Positions 25,269 to 33,199 of a stretch of DNA of 42,653 nucleotides are shown in pieces. This DNA is from a virus, in IMG/VR virus record IMGVR_UViG_3300002059_000001, positions 1-42,653 of that record, one strand, 5' to 3'. A model generated the notes under the pieces. The model was not told the origin of the DNA and searched no databases. It worked only from the letters and a program-made list of their open reading frames with translations. How positions within the stretch are numbered: the stretch's first letter is position 1; the number at the start of each line of letters is the position of its first letter. A program made the position numbers and the translations under genes.

Positions 25269-25969
25269 TGCTTAAATGGCTTCTCGAGATCCTATTCTCT
25301 CTCGGGAAGCCTTCTCGTCCTCCGGAAGACGTAAAACCGTCCGAAGATCTTCCCTCCGTTTTAAGCTCCACTGAGAGCGATTTGTCTAATGTCGGGTTAG
25401 ATGATACGTCTCCTCCCGTAGAAGAGGCTCTCTCCCTTGAAATTTTAGAGCCTCGTCCAGTTAAAGAGGTTCTTCCGGTGTATCACTTCTCCCGCCGCTC
25501 GCTCCGGATCCTCGAGGGGATCCATCCTAAACACGGCGTTATGTCCCCGGTCTACCCTCCGCTCGCCGAAGCGGTCCGTCTCTGTATTCAGTTCTCCCGC
25601 GTAGATATAACCGTTCTCTCCGCCACTCTCAGGACAGAGGAGGAGCAACGGACGTTCGTTAGAGAGGGGAGGTCTAAGACTATGAGCTCCCTCCACCTTC
25701 CACAAGCCGACGGCTTCGTTCACGCTGTCGACCTCGCCGCGCTCGAGGGAGGTACTGTTTCGTGGAGACCGGACGTTTACTTCGATCTCGCCGAGGCTAT
25801 GCAGACGGCCGCTCGAGAGCTGGATCTTCCTATCGTATGGGGCGGAGCTTGGGCCAAGATAAACGGGAGCCGGGATATCGACGAACTTCACGCGGACTAT
25901 GTCGCGCGGAAGAGATCCGAAGGCCGCCGACCATTCTTCGACGGTCCACACTTTCAGCTTAAAGGTTAG
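25268..25969 (+). CDS. endolysin, peptidase M15 (VanY / L-Ala-D-Glu peptidase-like) with a Pro/Ser/Glu-rich N-terminal extension
   Basis: SLHLPQADGFVHAVDL (H..D zinc ligands), IVWGGAW and FFDGPHFQL (terminal His) match the M15 pattern. Confidence 0.8.
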   Translation: MLKWLLEILFSLGKPSRPPEDVKPSEDLPSVLSSTESDLSNVGLDDTSPPVEEALSLEILEPRPVKEVLPVYHFSRRSLRILEGIHPKHGVMSPVYPPLAEAVRLCIQFSRVDITVLSATLRTEEEQRTFVREGRSKTMSSLHLPQADGFVHAVDLAALEGGTVSWRPDVYFDLAEAMQTAARELDLPIVWGGAWAKINGSRDIDELHADYVARKRSEGRRPFFDGPHFQLKG

Positions 25970-25972
25970 CCT

Positions 25973-26458
25973 ATGTCCTTCTCTACCGTTCAACTCGCCG
26001 GAGCCGGCGTTACTGTCGCCTTCGCGCTCGGCCTTGTCCTCGGGAACTTCCAAGGTCGAGGAGCTATAACTGCGAAGTGGAATAAGACACTTCTCGCGAC
26101 CGAGCAAAACGCCGGGGAGCTCGAGAGTTTTTCCGGCGACGTCGAGGAGGAGCAAGAGGACAGGGTCGAAGAAGGTAAAGAAGAACAACGCGAAGAAGAC
26201 ACGGTTTCGCGTACTCAGTACATAAAACTAGAGAGGAAGCTATCAAGTGAAAGATCTTATTTCGAAGGATTACTCGCGGCCGAGAGGTCTAAAGGCGGCG
26301 AGTGTAATTGTATTAACCTCGATATGCCTGTCGAGTTGCAACGCCGGCCAAGCCTCCGGACGTCTAGTCCCACTGAATCAAACCAGAGTTATATCCCCGG
26401 AACCTATCCCGGCGGATCAGCTCGAGATCCCGCCTTGCGAGGAAGTGGCCGAGATTAA
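25973..26458 (+). CDS. i-spanin (Rz-like)
   Basis: N-terminal TMD VQLAGAGVTVAFALGLVLGNF, then a charged coiled-coil periplasmic region. Immediately downstream of the endolysin. Confidence 0.65.
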   Translation: MSFSTVQLAGAGVTVAFALGLVLGNFQGRGAITAKWNKTLLATEQNAGELESFSGDVEEEQEDRVEEGKEEQREEDTVSRTQYIKLERKLSSERSYFEGLLAAERSKGGECNCINLDMPVELQRRPSLRTSSPTESNQSYIPGTYPGGSARDPALRGSGRD

Positions 26459-26642
26459 GTGGGGAGACGCTCGAAGCGCCTCCGACCATTATCGCCGATG
26501 TTCGGATCTGAGAGGAGAGCGTCTCCGCTCGCTAATCTCTACGGTCCGCGGCCGGTGGGATTGGATTAAGACGGAGGCTCTCAGGATCGACGAGGATAAC
26601 GCTCGGGTCCGAGAGGAGGCGAATAGGCTCTTCGAGGATTAA
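26247..26642 (+). CDS. o-spanin (Rz1-like lipoprotein), overlapping the i-spanin 3' end in another frame
   Basis: GTG start. Product MKDLISKDYSRPRGLKAASVIVLTSICLSSCNAG has a lipoprotein signal with an LSSC lipobox. It overlaps 25973..26458 by 212 nt. Confidence 0.65.
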   Translation: MKDLISKDYSRPRGLKAASVIVLTSICLSSCNAGQASGRLVPLNQTRVISPEPIPADQLEIPPCEEVAEIKWGDARSASDHYRRCSDLRGERLRSLISTVRGRWDWIKTEALRIDEDNARVREEANRLFED

Positions 26643-26657
26643 TGTTCCACAACAATT

Positions 26658-26915
26658 CTAACGCTCTTCGCGGAGCTTTGCGTCGCGGAGTTTTCTTTTA
26701 AGATGATCGACGACCATTAGACAGGTACTCTCTATCCCTGCTTTAGAGGAGCTCGCCCATCCGACAGTTAGGAGATATCCCTCCGCGCGGACTTTAATCT
26801 TACCGTGTTTCTTTCCTCCGCCGGAGGACATGGAGACGAAGACGTAACCGTTATTATCGCAGAACGCCGCGACCGCCCTCCTAACTCTTCGCTTCGCCTT
26901 GCTCTGCGAAGTCAC
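26658..26915 (-). CDS. hypothetical protein (85 aa)
   Basis: The GTG at 26915 forms a GTGA overlap with the stop of the upstream ORF. Last gene of the leftward operon. Confidence 0.5.
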   Translation of the reverse strand: MTSQSKAKRRVRRAVAAFCDNNGYVFVSMSSGGGKKHGKIKVRAEGYLLTVGWASSSKAGIESTCLMVVDHLKRKLRDAKLREER

Positions 26916-27142
26916 CTTAGACCTCGCATTCCGCGAAAGATTTCCCGACAGGCGTCGACATAGCGCGCGCAAGTCGGGTTATCCGAGGAACAATGTCCCT
27001 CCTTAACTGGACCGAACACCGGCTCTATAACCGTTCCGCAAGGCGAGACCTCGCATAACCATAACTTCCCGCTAGGATCTAAAGCTCCTCGGAGATTGCG
27101 ACCGCCGACCTTCTTCGGCTTTCCTATGACTCGAAGTTCCAT
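26912..27142 (-). CDS. Cys-rich hypothetical protein (76 aa)
   Basis: Six Cys plus one His (LWLCEVSPCG...GHCSSDNPTCARYVDAC). Follows the HNH gene with a 1-nt gap. Confidence 0.5.
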   Translation of the reverse strand: MELRVIGKPKKVGGRNLRGALDPSGKLWLCEVSPCGTVIEPVFGPVKEGHCSSDNPTCARYVDACREIFRGMRGLR

Positions 27143-27143
27143 T

Positions 27144-27566
27144 TTACGCCGCCTCCCTTTTTCGTTTCGCTTTCCTAGTAGGACTATTCTCTCCGGTTCT
27201 GGATTTACAATAATCGATATGTTTAGGAGCGTTTAGCCTCTCTCGAAGCGTTCCCCATTTTAGATTATCGGCCTTATTGTTATCCGAGTTCTCGTCTTTG
27301 TGGATAGCACAAGGCTTGTCTTCCGGCGGCGGTCCATGAAACGCCTCACAAACTAGACGAGCTATTTTATAAGTCTTTCCGGATTTGACGACGATTCTCC
27401 GTCGCTCTTCTTTCTCCCATACGCCACGCCAAGGCTTACCGCCGTATGTTCTTTGTCCCCCGTTTGGCATTGTTCCGACTTTTACCGGAGACATAATTCT
27501 CCCTAATGAGGAGACCATTAGAGGACAGCCGATAGCCGGCTTCCATATTTCTTTAGTTTTATGCAT
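27144..27566 (-). CDS. NUMOD4 + HNH_3 homing-type endonuclease
   Basis: EIWKPAIGCPLMVSSLGRIMS is NUMOD4-like. ARLVCEAFHGPPPEDKPCAIHKDENSDNNKADNLKWGT is an H-N-N motif. The ATG at 27566 is preceded by tcaggaaaga; the in-frame TTG at 27623 is the alternative start. Confidence 0.8.
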   Translation of the reverse strand: MHKTKEIWKPAIGCPLMVSSLGRIMSPVKVGTMPNGGQRTYGGKPWRGVWEKEERRRIVVKSGKTYKIARLVCEAFHGPPPEDKPCAIHKDENSDNNKADNLKWGTLRERLNAPKHIDYCKSRTGENSPTRKAKRKREAA

Positions 27567-27630
27567 AAGGTTTTCTTTCCTGAGACCTTCGACAGTTACA
27601 CCTGTTAAGGCTTTTCGCGGCAACTATCGG

Positions 27631-28092
27631 TTAGTTAAAAGGGATTTCGTCGTCGAGATCGAAGTCTTCTTTCGATCTCTGGTTACTCTGAGAGTTCTCG
27701 TCGCGGGAGGTAGAAGATCCGGAAGATCTACGGCCGCCTCCCGAGCCGTCGCCGAGGAGAACGATCTTCCCTCCGAAACCGACGGCGACCTCTGTCGTAT
27801 ATTGATCGACGCCGTCTCGGTTCTGCCACTTCCGAGTCTGTAGCTTCCCCTCGAGGTAGACCTTAGATCCCTTCTTAGTGTATCGCTCGACAATCCCGAC
27901 GAGGCCGTCCCCGGTAATAACGACCTTATGCCATTCGGTCTTAGATCTCTTCTCCCCGGATTGCTTATCCCTCCACTCTTCCGAGGTCGCGATAGACAGG
28001 TTCGCGACCTTGCCTCCGTTCCCGAACGTTCGAACTTCCGGATCGTTTCCGAGGTTCCCGACTAAGATTACTTTGTTAACGCTACCCGCCAT
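27631..28092 (-). CDS. ssb: single-stranded DNA-binding protein
   Basis: [21 protein letters not shown]...TEWHKVV OB-fold signature, a Gly/Ser-rich linker and an acidic [10 protein letters not shown] tail. Confidence 0.95.
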   Translation of the reverse strand: MAGSVNKVILVGNLGNDPEVRTFGNGGKVANLSIATSEEWRDKQSGEKRSKTEWHKVVITGDGLVGIVERYTKKGSKVYLEGKLQTRKWQNRDGVDQYTTEVAVGFGGKIVLLGDGSGGGRRSSGSSTSRDENSQSNQRSKEDFDLDDEIPFN

Positions 28093-28922
28093 TATGAGGC
28101 TCCTCCTTTTCGTTCTGCGATTAGTGTATCGACGTTTTTCGCCTCGACTGCAAACTCGAGCCGGAGGACGTCTGGATTATCCTCCCACGTTTCACCCTCG
28201 GCCGAGTGGAGCGAGTTCCATAAAGAGCGGAAGCTCTCGACTGGATCCAAGCCCGGACCGTCTGGATCCGCATAGTTCCTGTAGGTTACTTCTACGTCGC
28301 CTCCGGACATAGGTCGTCCAGCGGCCGCGGCGAGAACATTGTTCGCGCGACGAATTGGGAAGATCCCTTCTTCGATAGCGTCGGCCGGCGTTATGTTCTG
28401 CAATGGCTCGACCCGGACGCCGATAACCTCGAGGGATATCCGAGAGAAGGATCTCGGCATATGCATGCCCGGCCGGAACCGTCCGAACTTAGCCGGCTTC
28501 TCTCCTCCGTCGGCCGGGAACCACATATCGCAGTCGGAGAACAGCTTCCCCGCGCGGATAGGGTCTAACCCTCCGGAGACATGAAACGCCTCTCGGACGT
28601 AGAGGAGATCGTCGACATGACGTTTCGAGAGAGGAGACGTCGCAAGCCTCCGCGTTTGGGTCTTCCGACTTGCTCGGAGGCTTGTCACCATATCCGGAGA
28701 GAAGAGGATCCCGATAACCGAGATCTCCCGTTTATAGTCGACGACGGTCGAAGCTCTCGCCGTTCGAATAGATCCGTCCTCGAGTTTTATATCGAGGTCT
28801 CCGTTCTGGATCTGAGATAGGTCGACGATCTCTCCGCTTAGAGATATATTCCGGACGCCGGTCGCGGTCGCCATACGGACAGAGACTTCGACCGTCTCTC
28901 CTAGTTCTAATTTACTTCGCAT
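28092..28922 (-). CDS. ASCH/PUA-like domain protein with an extra N-terminal ~65-aa domain
   Basis: [21 protein letters not shown]...YVREAF...[37 protein letters not shown] matches the common phage ASCH pattern (KTQTRR ... MP.w.sR..L.v..vrve.lqdi). Confidence 0.65.
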   Translation of the reverse strand: MRSKLELGETVEVSVRMATATGVRNISLSGEIVDLSQIQNGDLDIKLEDGSIRTARASTVVDYKREISVIGILFSPDMVTSLRASRKTQTRRLATSPLSKRHVDDLLYVREAFHVSGGLDPIRAGKLFSDCDMWFPADGGEKPAKFGRFRPGMHMPRSFSRISLEVIGVRVEPLQNITPADAIEEGIFPIRRANNVLAAAAGRPMSGGDVEVTYRNYADPDGPGLDPVESFRSLWNSLHSAEGETWEDNPDVLRLEFAVEAKNVDTLIAERKGGAS

Positions 28923-28934
28923 TATTTTAGTCCC

Positions 28935-29762
28935 TTATTGGTTTTTGTGAATAGGTTTTAAGGCGATCCGAAGACCCTCGGCCGCGTTTCTTATGGCTAT
29001 AGAGAAGCTCTCGAGAGACGCTCGAAGGTGAACGAATGAGTTCCGGCGCTCTATCCCGGCTTTAATCTCCTCTCTATGGTTCCGCCGTAAGGCGAGGATA
29101 TATGTCGGCCGATAAAAGACCCTCTTGTCCTCGTCGAGGAAAGCCTCCTTCGCTGTCCACGTCGCAAGCCAACGGGAGACGCGGTCCATAAAACGGATAA
29201 ACCTCGCCGATTCGAGGAGCTCGTTCCATGCTCTCTCGAGCCGCTCCCCGGCGTCCTTAAGAGACTCAGGAGAAGAGCTCTCGTCTCGAGGTTTAGGGTG
29301 TCGTCCTGTCCACGCCGCGCTGTCGTAAACGCCGGCCGAGAGAGTCTTTCCCTTCCTCTTATCGTAGACGACTCTATCTCCCTTTGCGAAGAGATATTCT
29401 AACGGAATAGAGAACTTCTTAGCTATGAGCTTCTTCGCTTCCTCCTCGAATATCGTAGACGTCCAGTCGCTCTCGCCGAAGTTCGTAAGAGTAAAGACCG
29501 TCCGTTCCGTTCCCGGCGTCGCTAAGTCTAATCTTATATCCGCGAAGATCTTCCGGCGGAGATCCTCGGCTTGTTCGTTTATTGGGAAGGTGAAGAGCCG
29601 GTCGTATTCTCCTCGATAGATTAGTTCGTACTCTCCGGCGTTGTTCGTCGATATCATTACCGGCATATATCGCCGGATAGGATTGTCGATAATATCGGCG
29701 CAACGTCGGCCGCTATGCCCCATAGTTTGCGCGACGGTTAAAGGGTATTTATGTCCGGACAT
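28935..29762 (-). CDS. hypothetical protein (275 aa)
   Basis: Long ORF on the operon strand. Overlaps the upstream gene by 14 nt. No motif recognised. Confidence 0.6.
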   Translation of the reverse strand: MSGHKYPLTVAQTMGHSGRRCADIIDNPIRRYMPVMISTNNAGEYELIYRGEYDRLFTFPINEQAEDLRRKIFADIRLDLATPGTERTVFTLTNFGESDWTSTIFEEEAKKLIAKKFSIPLEYLFAKGDRVVYDKRKGKTLSAGVYDSAAWTGRHPKPRDESSSPESLKDAGERLERAWNELLESARFIRFMDRVSRWLATWTAKEAFLDEDKRVFYRPTYILALRRNHREEIKAGIERRNSFVHLRASLESFSIAIRNAAEGLRIALKPIHKNQ

Positions 29763-30672
29763 GATCTGTCTCCTGTTGTTTTGGGAACTCGTTGCAAATA
29801 ACGCCGTCGAGCTTTCGTCCTGCTCTCTTCTTCCCTATTTTAACCATATCGTCAGAACCGACCCTCGAGCCTCTTCTGTCGTCTATAGGGACAATCTCTC
29901 CGACATTACCGACGACACTTGCGGGAGCCCATTCTCCCCACTGTTTAAACAGGAACGGGATCCCCGCCCGGAAGCATTGGTCGCGAAGGCTTCGAAGATG
30001 CCGCGGGATAGAAGACCGAGCGTTAGGACCGCTCTCCCCGCCGGCTATAATCCAGTCGAGGCCGAGCTCGACGTGTCTTAAGGCGTGGAACCCCTCCGCG
30101 CTATCGCTAGGCGAAAGCGGTCCAGAGAAGGGAATACAGGACAAATCTATAGCGCCGAGCATAGGCTCGCAAGAAAGGAACCTTACGGCGCAATCGTGTT
30201 GAACGAGATAGGGGATATTCCTCTCGGCGACCTCCTGATTCTCGACGGTCGTTCCTAACCAGACCCGACCTTTAATCTCGTCCCAAAAGGGAGGAAGCAT
30301 TTTCTCTATATTTTGCGGCCGCTTCGTAAGGAGTAACCAGTCGAGCGACGGCGTCTTCCGGATAAGATCCCATAGGTCCGCGCGCCATTCCTCCGGAACT
30401 TGATTGTCGAACACGTCGGCGAGCGAGGCGCAGAAGACACGCTGTCTCCGACCGAACTCCGCTCCGAACTTATTCGCTTCCCGCTCCCACTTAAGAGGCT
30501 TCTTCCAGTTAGATTCGGAAGTCCGTCTCCGCGGTCCTCCCCATTCGACCGTCTTAAACCTCGCCGCTCTCTCGGCCGCGTAACAAAAGTCGCAAGCCGG
30601 GGAGATCTTCGTACACCCTTCCCACGGATTAAACGTATGGTCGGTCCATTCTATCTTGCTTTGCTCTGCCAT
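29749..30672 (-). CDS. phage Gp37/Gp68 family protein (DUF5131)
   Basis: The N-terminal KIEWTDHTFNPWEGCTKISPACDFCYA is the family hallmark. ..LLLTKRP.. and ..DWIIAGGESGP...WVRSL-like ..FLFKQWGEW also match. Confidence 0.8.
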   Translation of the reverse strand: MAEQSKIEWTDHTFNPWEGCTKISPACDFCYAAERAARFKTVEWGGPRRRTSESNWKKPLKWEREANKFGAEFGRRQRVFCASLADVFDNQVPEEWRADLWDLIRKTPSLDWLLLTKRPQNIEKMLPPFWDEIKGRVWLGTTVENQEVAERNIPYLVQHDCAVRFLSCEPMLGAIDLSCIPFSGPLSPSDSAEGFHALRHVELGLDWIIAGGESGPNARSSIPRHLRSLRDQCFRAGIPFLFKQWGEWAPASVVGNVGEIVPIDDRRGSRVGSDDMVKIGKKRAGRKLDGVICNEFPKQQETDHVRT

Positions 30673-30673
30673 A

Positions 30674-31141
30674 TTAGAGCTCCTTCTTTATCTTACTTAC
30701 GCCGACGAGCTCTTCGTTAAGGAAGAAGGCGGCTAGGTTTGGCGGGATTGCCCAGTGACTTTTAACAGGAACCCCGAAGAGGAAATGCTCGGCCGGTTCG
30801 TTTGACCGTCCTCGAGAGGTCCGGAAGTTATCCGGATATAACTCCTCGAGATCCAACGGCCGGAGACACTTAATCTCGTCGACCGTAGGTTTCGGAATAT
30901 CCGCGATAAGATCTCGAGCGGCTTTGAGTGTTTCGATTGTAAGAGGCTTTGGAGCTTCCAGCTCCTCTACGCATAGGGCCGAATTTAGGAGCCGCTCTGT
31001 CTGGTCGAGGATATCCCTCTTCGCTTCCAATGCCATAAGCTCGGCTCTCGGATCTCCGAACTTCGCTCGAATTAAGTCCTCGCCCTGTTTAAGATACGCG
31101 CGTCCAGTGTGAATTTTAACTCTATAGTCTTTCTTCGCCAT
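30674..31141 (-). CDS. hypothetical protein (155 aa)
   Basis: Operon-strand ORF. GGAGCTCTAATATGGC junction at its start. Confidence 0.6.
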   Translation of the reverse strand: MAKKDYRVKIHTGRAYLKQGEDLIRAKFGDPRAELMALEAKRDILDQTERLLNSALCVEELEAPKPLTIETLKAARDLIADIPKPTVDEIKCLRPLDLEELYPDNFRTSRGRSNEPAEHFLFGVPVKSHWAIPPNLAAFFLNEELVGVSKIKKEL

Positions 31142-31142
31142 A

Positions 31143-31559
31143 TTAGAGCTCCCACGTTTGGCGCTCTTCCGCCGGCTTAGATTTGAATTGATCGAGACGC
31201 TTCTGTCCTATCCCCGTTTCTCCTCCGAAGAAGGCGTCTCTCTGGTCTTCTGGAACGGCGAGGATTTGCTCGACGATCTCGCCATAGGTCGGCGCGTGGT
31301 TCTCGCAGAGGACCGGTTCTCCGTCGAGGAAGGCGTAACCCTTGTCTCCCTCGAAGAGAGTAACGCGACAGGTCTCGCAGTCCCCGACCTTCGGAGGAAG
31401 TTGTTCCATTATCTCGACCATCTTCTCGAGCGCGGCCGCGTACTCTAAGTCCGTATGCGCGACGAGCTCGGCTCTCTTCGCTTCTACGGCCGTAACCATA
31501 GACCGCGCGGATCTATAATCGATCCGTAAGGCCTCGGCCTCTGTTATTGTTTTAGTCAT
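31143..31559 (-). CDS. hypothetical protein with CxxC...CxxH motif (138 aa)
   Basis: GDCETCRVTLFEGDKGYAFLDGEPVLCENH. Operon-strand ORF. Confidence 0.6.
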   Translation of the reverse strand: MTKTITEAEALRIDYRSARSMVTAVEAKRAELVAHTDLEYAAALEKMVEIMEQLPPKVGDCETCRVTLFEGDKGYAFLDGEPVLCENHAPTYGEIVEQILAVPEDQRDAFFGGETGIGQKRLDQFKSKPAEERQTWEL

Positions 31560-31740
31560 GCTCTCTTGTTTCCTTCTCTATTTCGCTCTCGACGATATCG
31601 AGGAGCTCCTTAATTGAACCCCGGATATATCGGAGCCTTCGTTTATAGTGTTCGTGATGTTGCTCGGTCCGGATCCAGTATCTCCGGATCGATAGGATCT
31701 TCGCCATAATCTTACGATATTGCGCTCGGCGTTTTGTCAT
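31552..31740 (-). CDS. small basic hypothetical protein (62 aa)
   Basis: Overlapping start and stop with its neighbours. Arg/Lys/His-rich. Confidence 0.5.
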   Translation of the reverse strand: MTKRRAQYRKIMAKILSIRRYWIRTEQHHEHYKRRLRYIRGSIKELLDIVESEIEKETREHD

Positions 31741-32072
31741 TGCTTCCCCTTCTTAAGGTCTATCTTTAGGACGACGTCGAACGCCTCCCGCATTGCTTGG
31801 ATCGCGGCCGCTCCGTCGACGAAGGGCCAAGCCTCGGACCTCGCAGTATGTCGCTTCCCGACGCTCTCCTCTTCGGCCGTTAGATTATTCGGAACGAGAT
31901 TCGGGATAATGCGATAGGATCCGTCGGCGAATGTCTCCTTCTCGATATCCAGTCGACCGGGTCCGAGAGAGGATCTCGAGACAGCGAGCCGGCCGACCTC
32001 GACCGTAGATCCCGCGGAGAAGATCTCCCACTCCGCCGGCGTCATTCTATCGAGGTCGACTGGACCGCTCAC
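31737..32072 (-). CDS. hypothetical protein (111 aa)
   Basis: The GTG start forms a GTGA overlap with the upstream mini-ORF. Confidence 0.55.
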   Translation of the reverse strand: MSGPVDLDRMTPAEWEIFSAGSTVEVGRLAVSRSSLGPGRLDIEKETFADGSYRIIPNLVPNNLTAEEESVGKRHTARSEAWPFVDGAAAIQAMREAFDVVLKIDLKKGKQ

Positions 32073-32173
32073 TTCGGCCGGTCTTTCCAGCTAATGAGAG
32101 CGAGACATAGAAACGCTATCCCTCCGAGAAGTGTCCCGGTAATAACGACCGCTTGTAAGATTGTGTCTAGCAT
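32069..32173 (-). CDS. 34-aa single-TMD mini-protein (absent from the ORF track)
   Basis: MLDTILQAVVITGTLLGGIAFLCLALISWKDRPK*. TAATG overlap upstream and GTGA overlap downstream, so it exactly fills the gap between its neighbours. Confidence 0.55.
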   Translation of the reverse strand: MLDTILQAVVITGTLLGGIAFLCLALISWKDRPK

Positions 32174-32622
32174 TAGTCTTTCCTCCTCTTCACCTTCTGG
32201 ACCTCGAGGATCTTTGTGTTTGGATGGGAGGAGTTATGGACAAGCCCGATAGAGAAGAGATCTATATCCTTAAGCGTGGGTCTCGACCCTTCGCTCCTAT
32301 TGTCCTTTTTACCGACACGATACCCGATAGAGAGGTCCGACAGACTTCCCCTTTGGACAAGCATAGGGACGGCCTCGTTATTTCCGTCGAGCTCCTCTGG
32401 AATTGTGAACGATACCTTTAGTCCGATAGCGTCCTCTTCCATGTCCGCGACCTTCGCGACGACACCGTTCTTCGAGTCGAACCCGTATAGAACGGGGAGA
32501 TCTTCCCCTGCGAGGAAGTTAGCGACCGCCTCCTTAAAGGCTCCCGGTTCGATTATATCTCCGTCCGAGTAAGGCGTCCGAAAGATAGCCGCATATCCTG
32601 TTATTTTGAGTTTGTTAATCAT
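32173..32622 (-). CDS. HK97/S78 prohead-protease paralog lacking the catalytic His (pseudo-protease)
   Basis: KITGYAAIFRTPYSDGDIIEPGAFKEA...LPVLYGFDSKNG...EEDAIGLKV...LSDLSIGYRV aligns with the genuine protease at 7416 (FEGYAAKFGEVDLGGDTIVAGAFKKT...IPFLNMHDQSDV...KEDNYGLFV...STALSIGYRV). The H of NMHD is replaced by F. Confidence 0.7.
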   Translation of the reverse strand: MINKLKITGYAAIFRTPYSDGDIIEPGAFKEAVANFLAGEDLPVLYGFDSKNGVVAKVADMEEDAIGLKVSFTIPEELDGNNEAVPMLVQRGSLSDLSIGYRVGKKDNRSEGSRPTLKDIDLFSIGLVHNSSHPNTKILEVQKVKRRKD

Positions 32623-33199
32623 GTTCTTTTTTCCTTAAGTTGTTCCTCGACTGGATCTTCTGTCCTTTAGGCCAGCGAGAAGGGCCATTCCCTAGGCGAG
32701 ATCTACCGCCTATAGCCGGCTTCTTCTTTTTCTTAGCTTTACTCCCGTCCTTCGATATCCCTCTGTACGAGGCTCTAAGACGGTTTATCTTCGCCTCTCG
32801 AGGCGTTTCGATCTTCGCAGCTATGAGAGCGTTACAGGCGTAATGCATAGGAGCGCAGTTCTCCGGCGTGTGTCCGCCGTCGTGGGCATAGTTCCGGAGG
32901 TGTCCGAGGACGCAGCTCTCGGGATGGATCCCGGCCTTCGTCCAGTCCACCCGGCGGAAGCAAGCGGGACAAGTCCAGTCCGCGGCGACATATATCTCGA
33001 TAGGATCGAAGTCGACGATCTCTATCATAGGCCGGCGGAGATCCTTCGGGAGCTTCTTATTCAAAGCCTTGCGCGCGACGTTAATCTTCCGCGCTCTCCC
33101 CATATGCGCGCGGCCGTTCTTCCGGAGACGGTCGAGAGTCGCCTTCGGGATATCCTCGAGGAGGACCGGGAGCATAGGGTCGAGGTGTCGGGGAATCAT
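32615..33199 (-). CDS. HNH-type nuclease with a basic C-terminal tail
   Basis: CPACFRRVDW...CVLGHLRNYAHDGGHTPENCAPMHYACNALIAAK gives Cys pairs plus H..N..H/N spacing. Overlaps the pseudo-protease start (ATGATTAA). Confidence 0.6.
   Translation of the reverse strand: MIPRHLDPMLPVLLEDIPKATLDRLRKNGRAHMGRARKINVARKALNKKLPKDLRRPMIEIVDFDPIEIYVAADWTCPACFRRVDWTKAGIHPESCVLGHLRNYAHDGGHTPENCAPMHYACNALIAAKIETPREAKINRLRASYRGISKDGSKAKKKKKPAIGGRSRLGNGPSRWPKGQKIQSRNNLRKKEHD

Noticed and set aside
25445-26188. 247-aa ORF antisense to the endolysin and i-spanin genes.
   Set aside because: The plus-strand genes carry clear M15 peptidase and spanin signatures and fit the operon. The antisense product has no motif and no SD, and would oppose the whole late operon.
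26658-27142. Two overlapping ORFs (26658..26972 and 26912..27142) that might be one frameshifted gene or pseudogene.
   Set aside because: The downstream frame has a GTG at 26915 forming the same GTGA stop/start overlap used repeatedly in this genome. Two separate small genes is the simpler reading.
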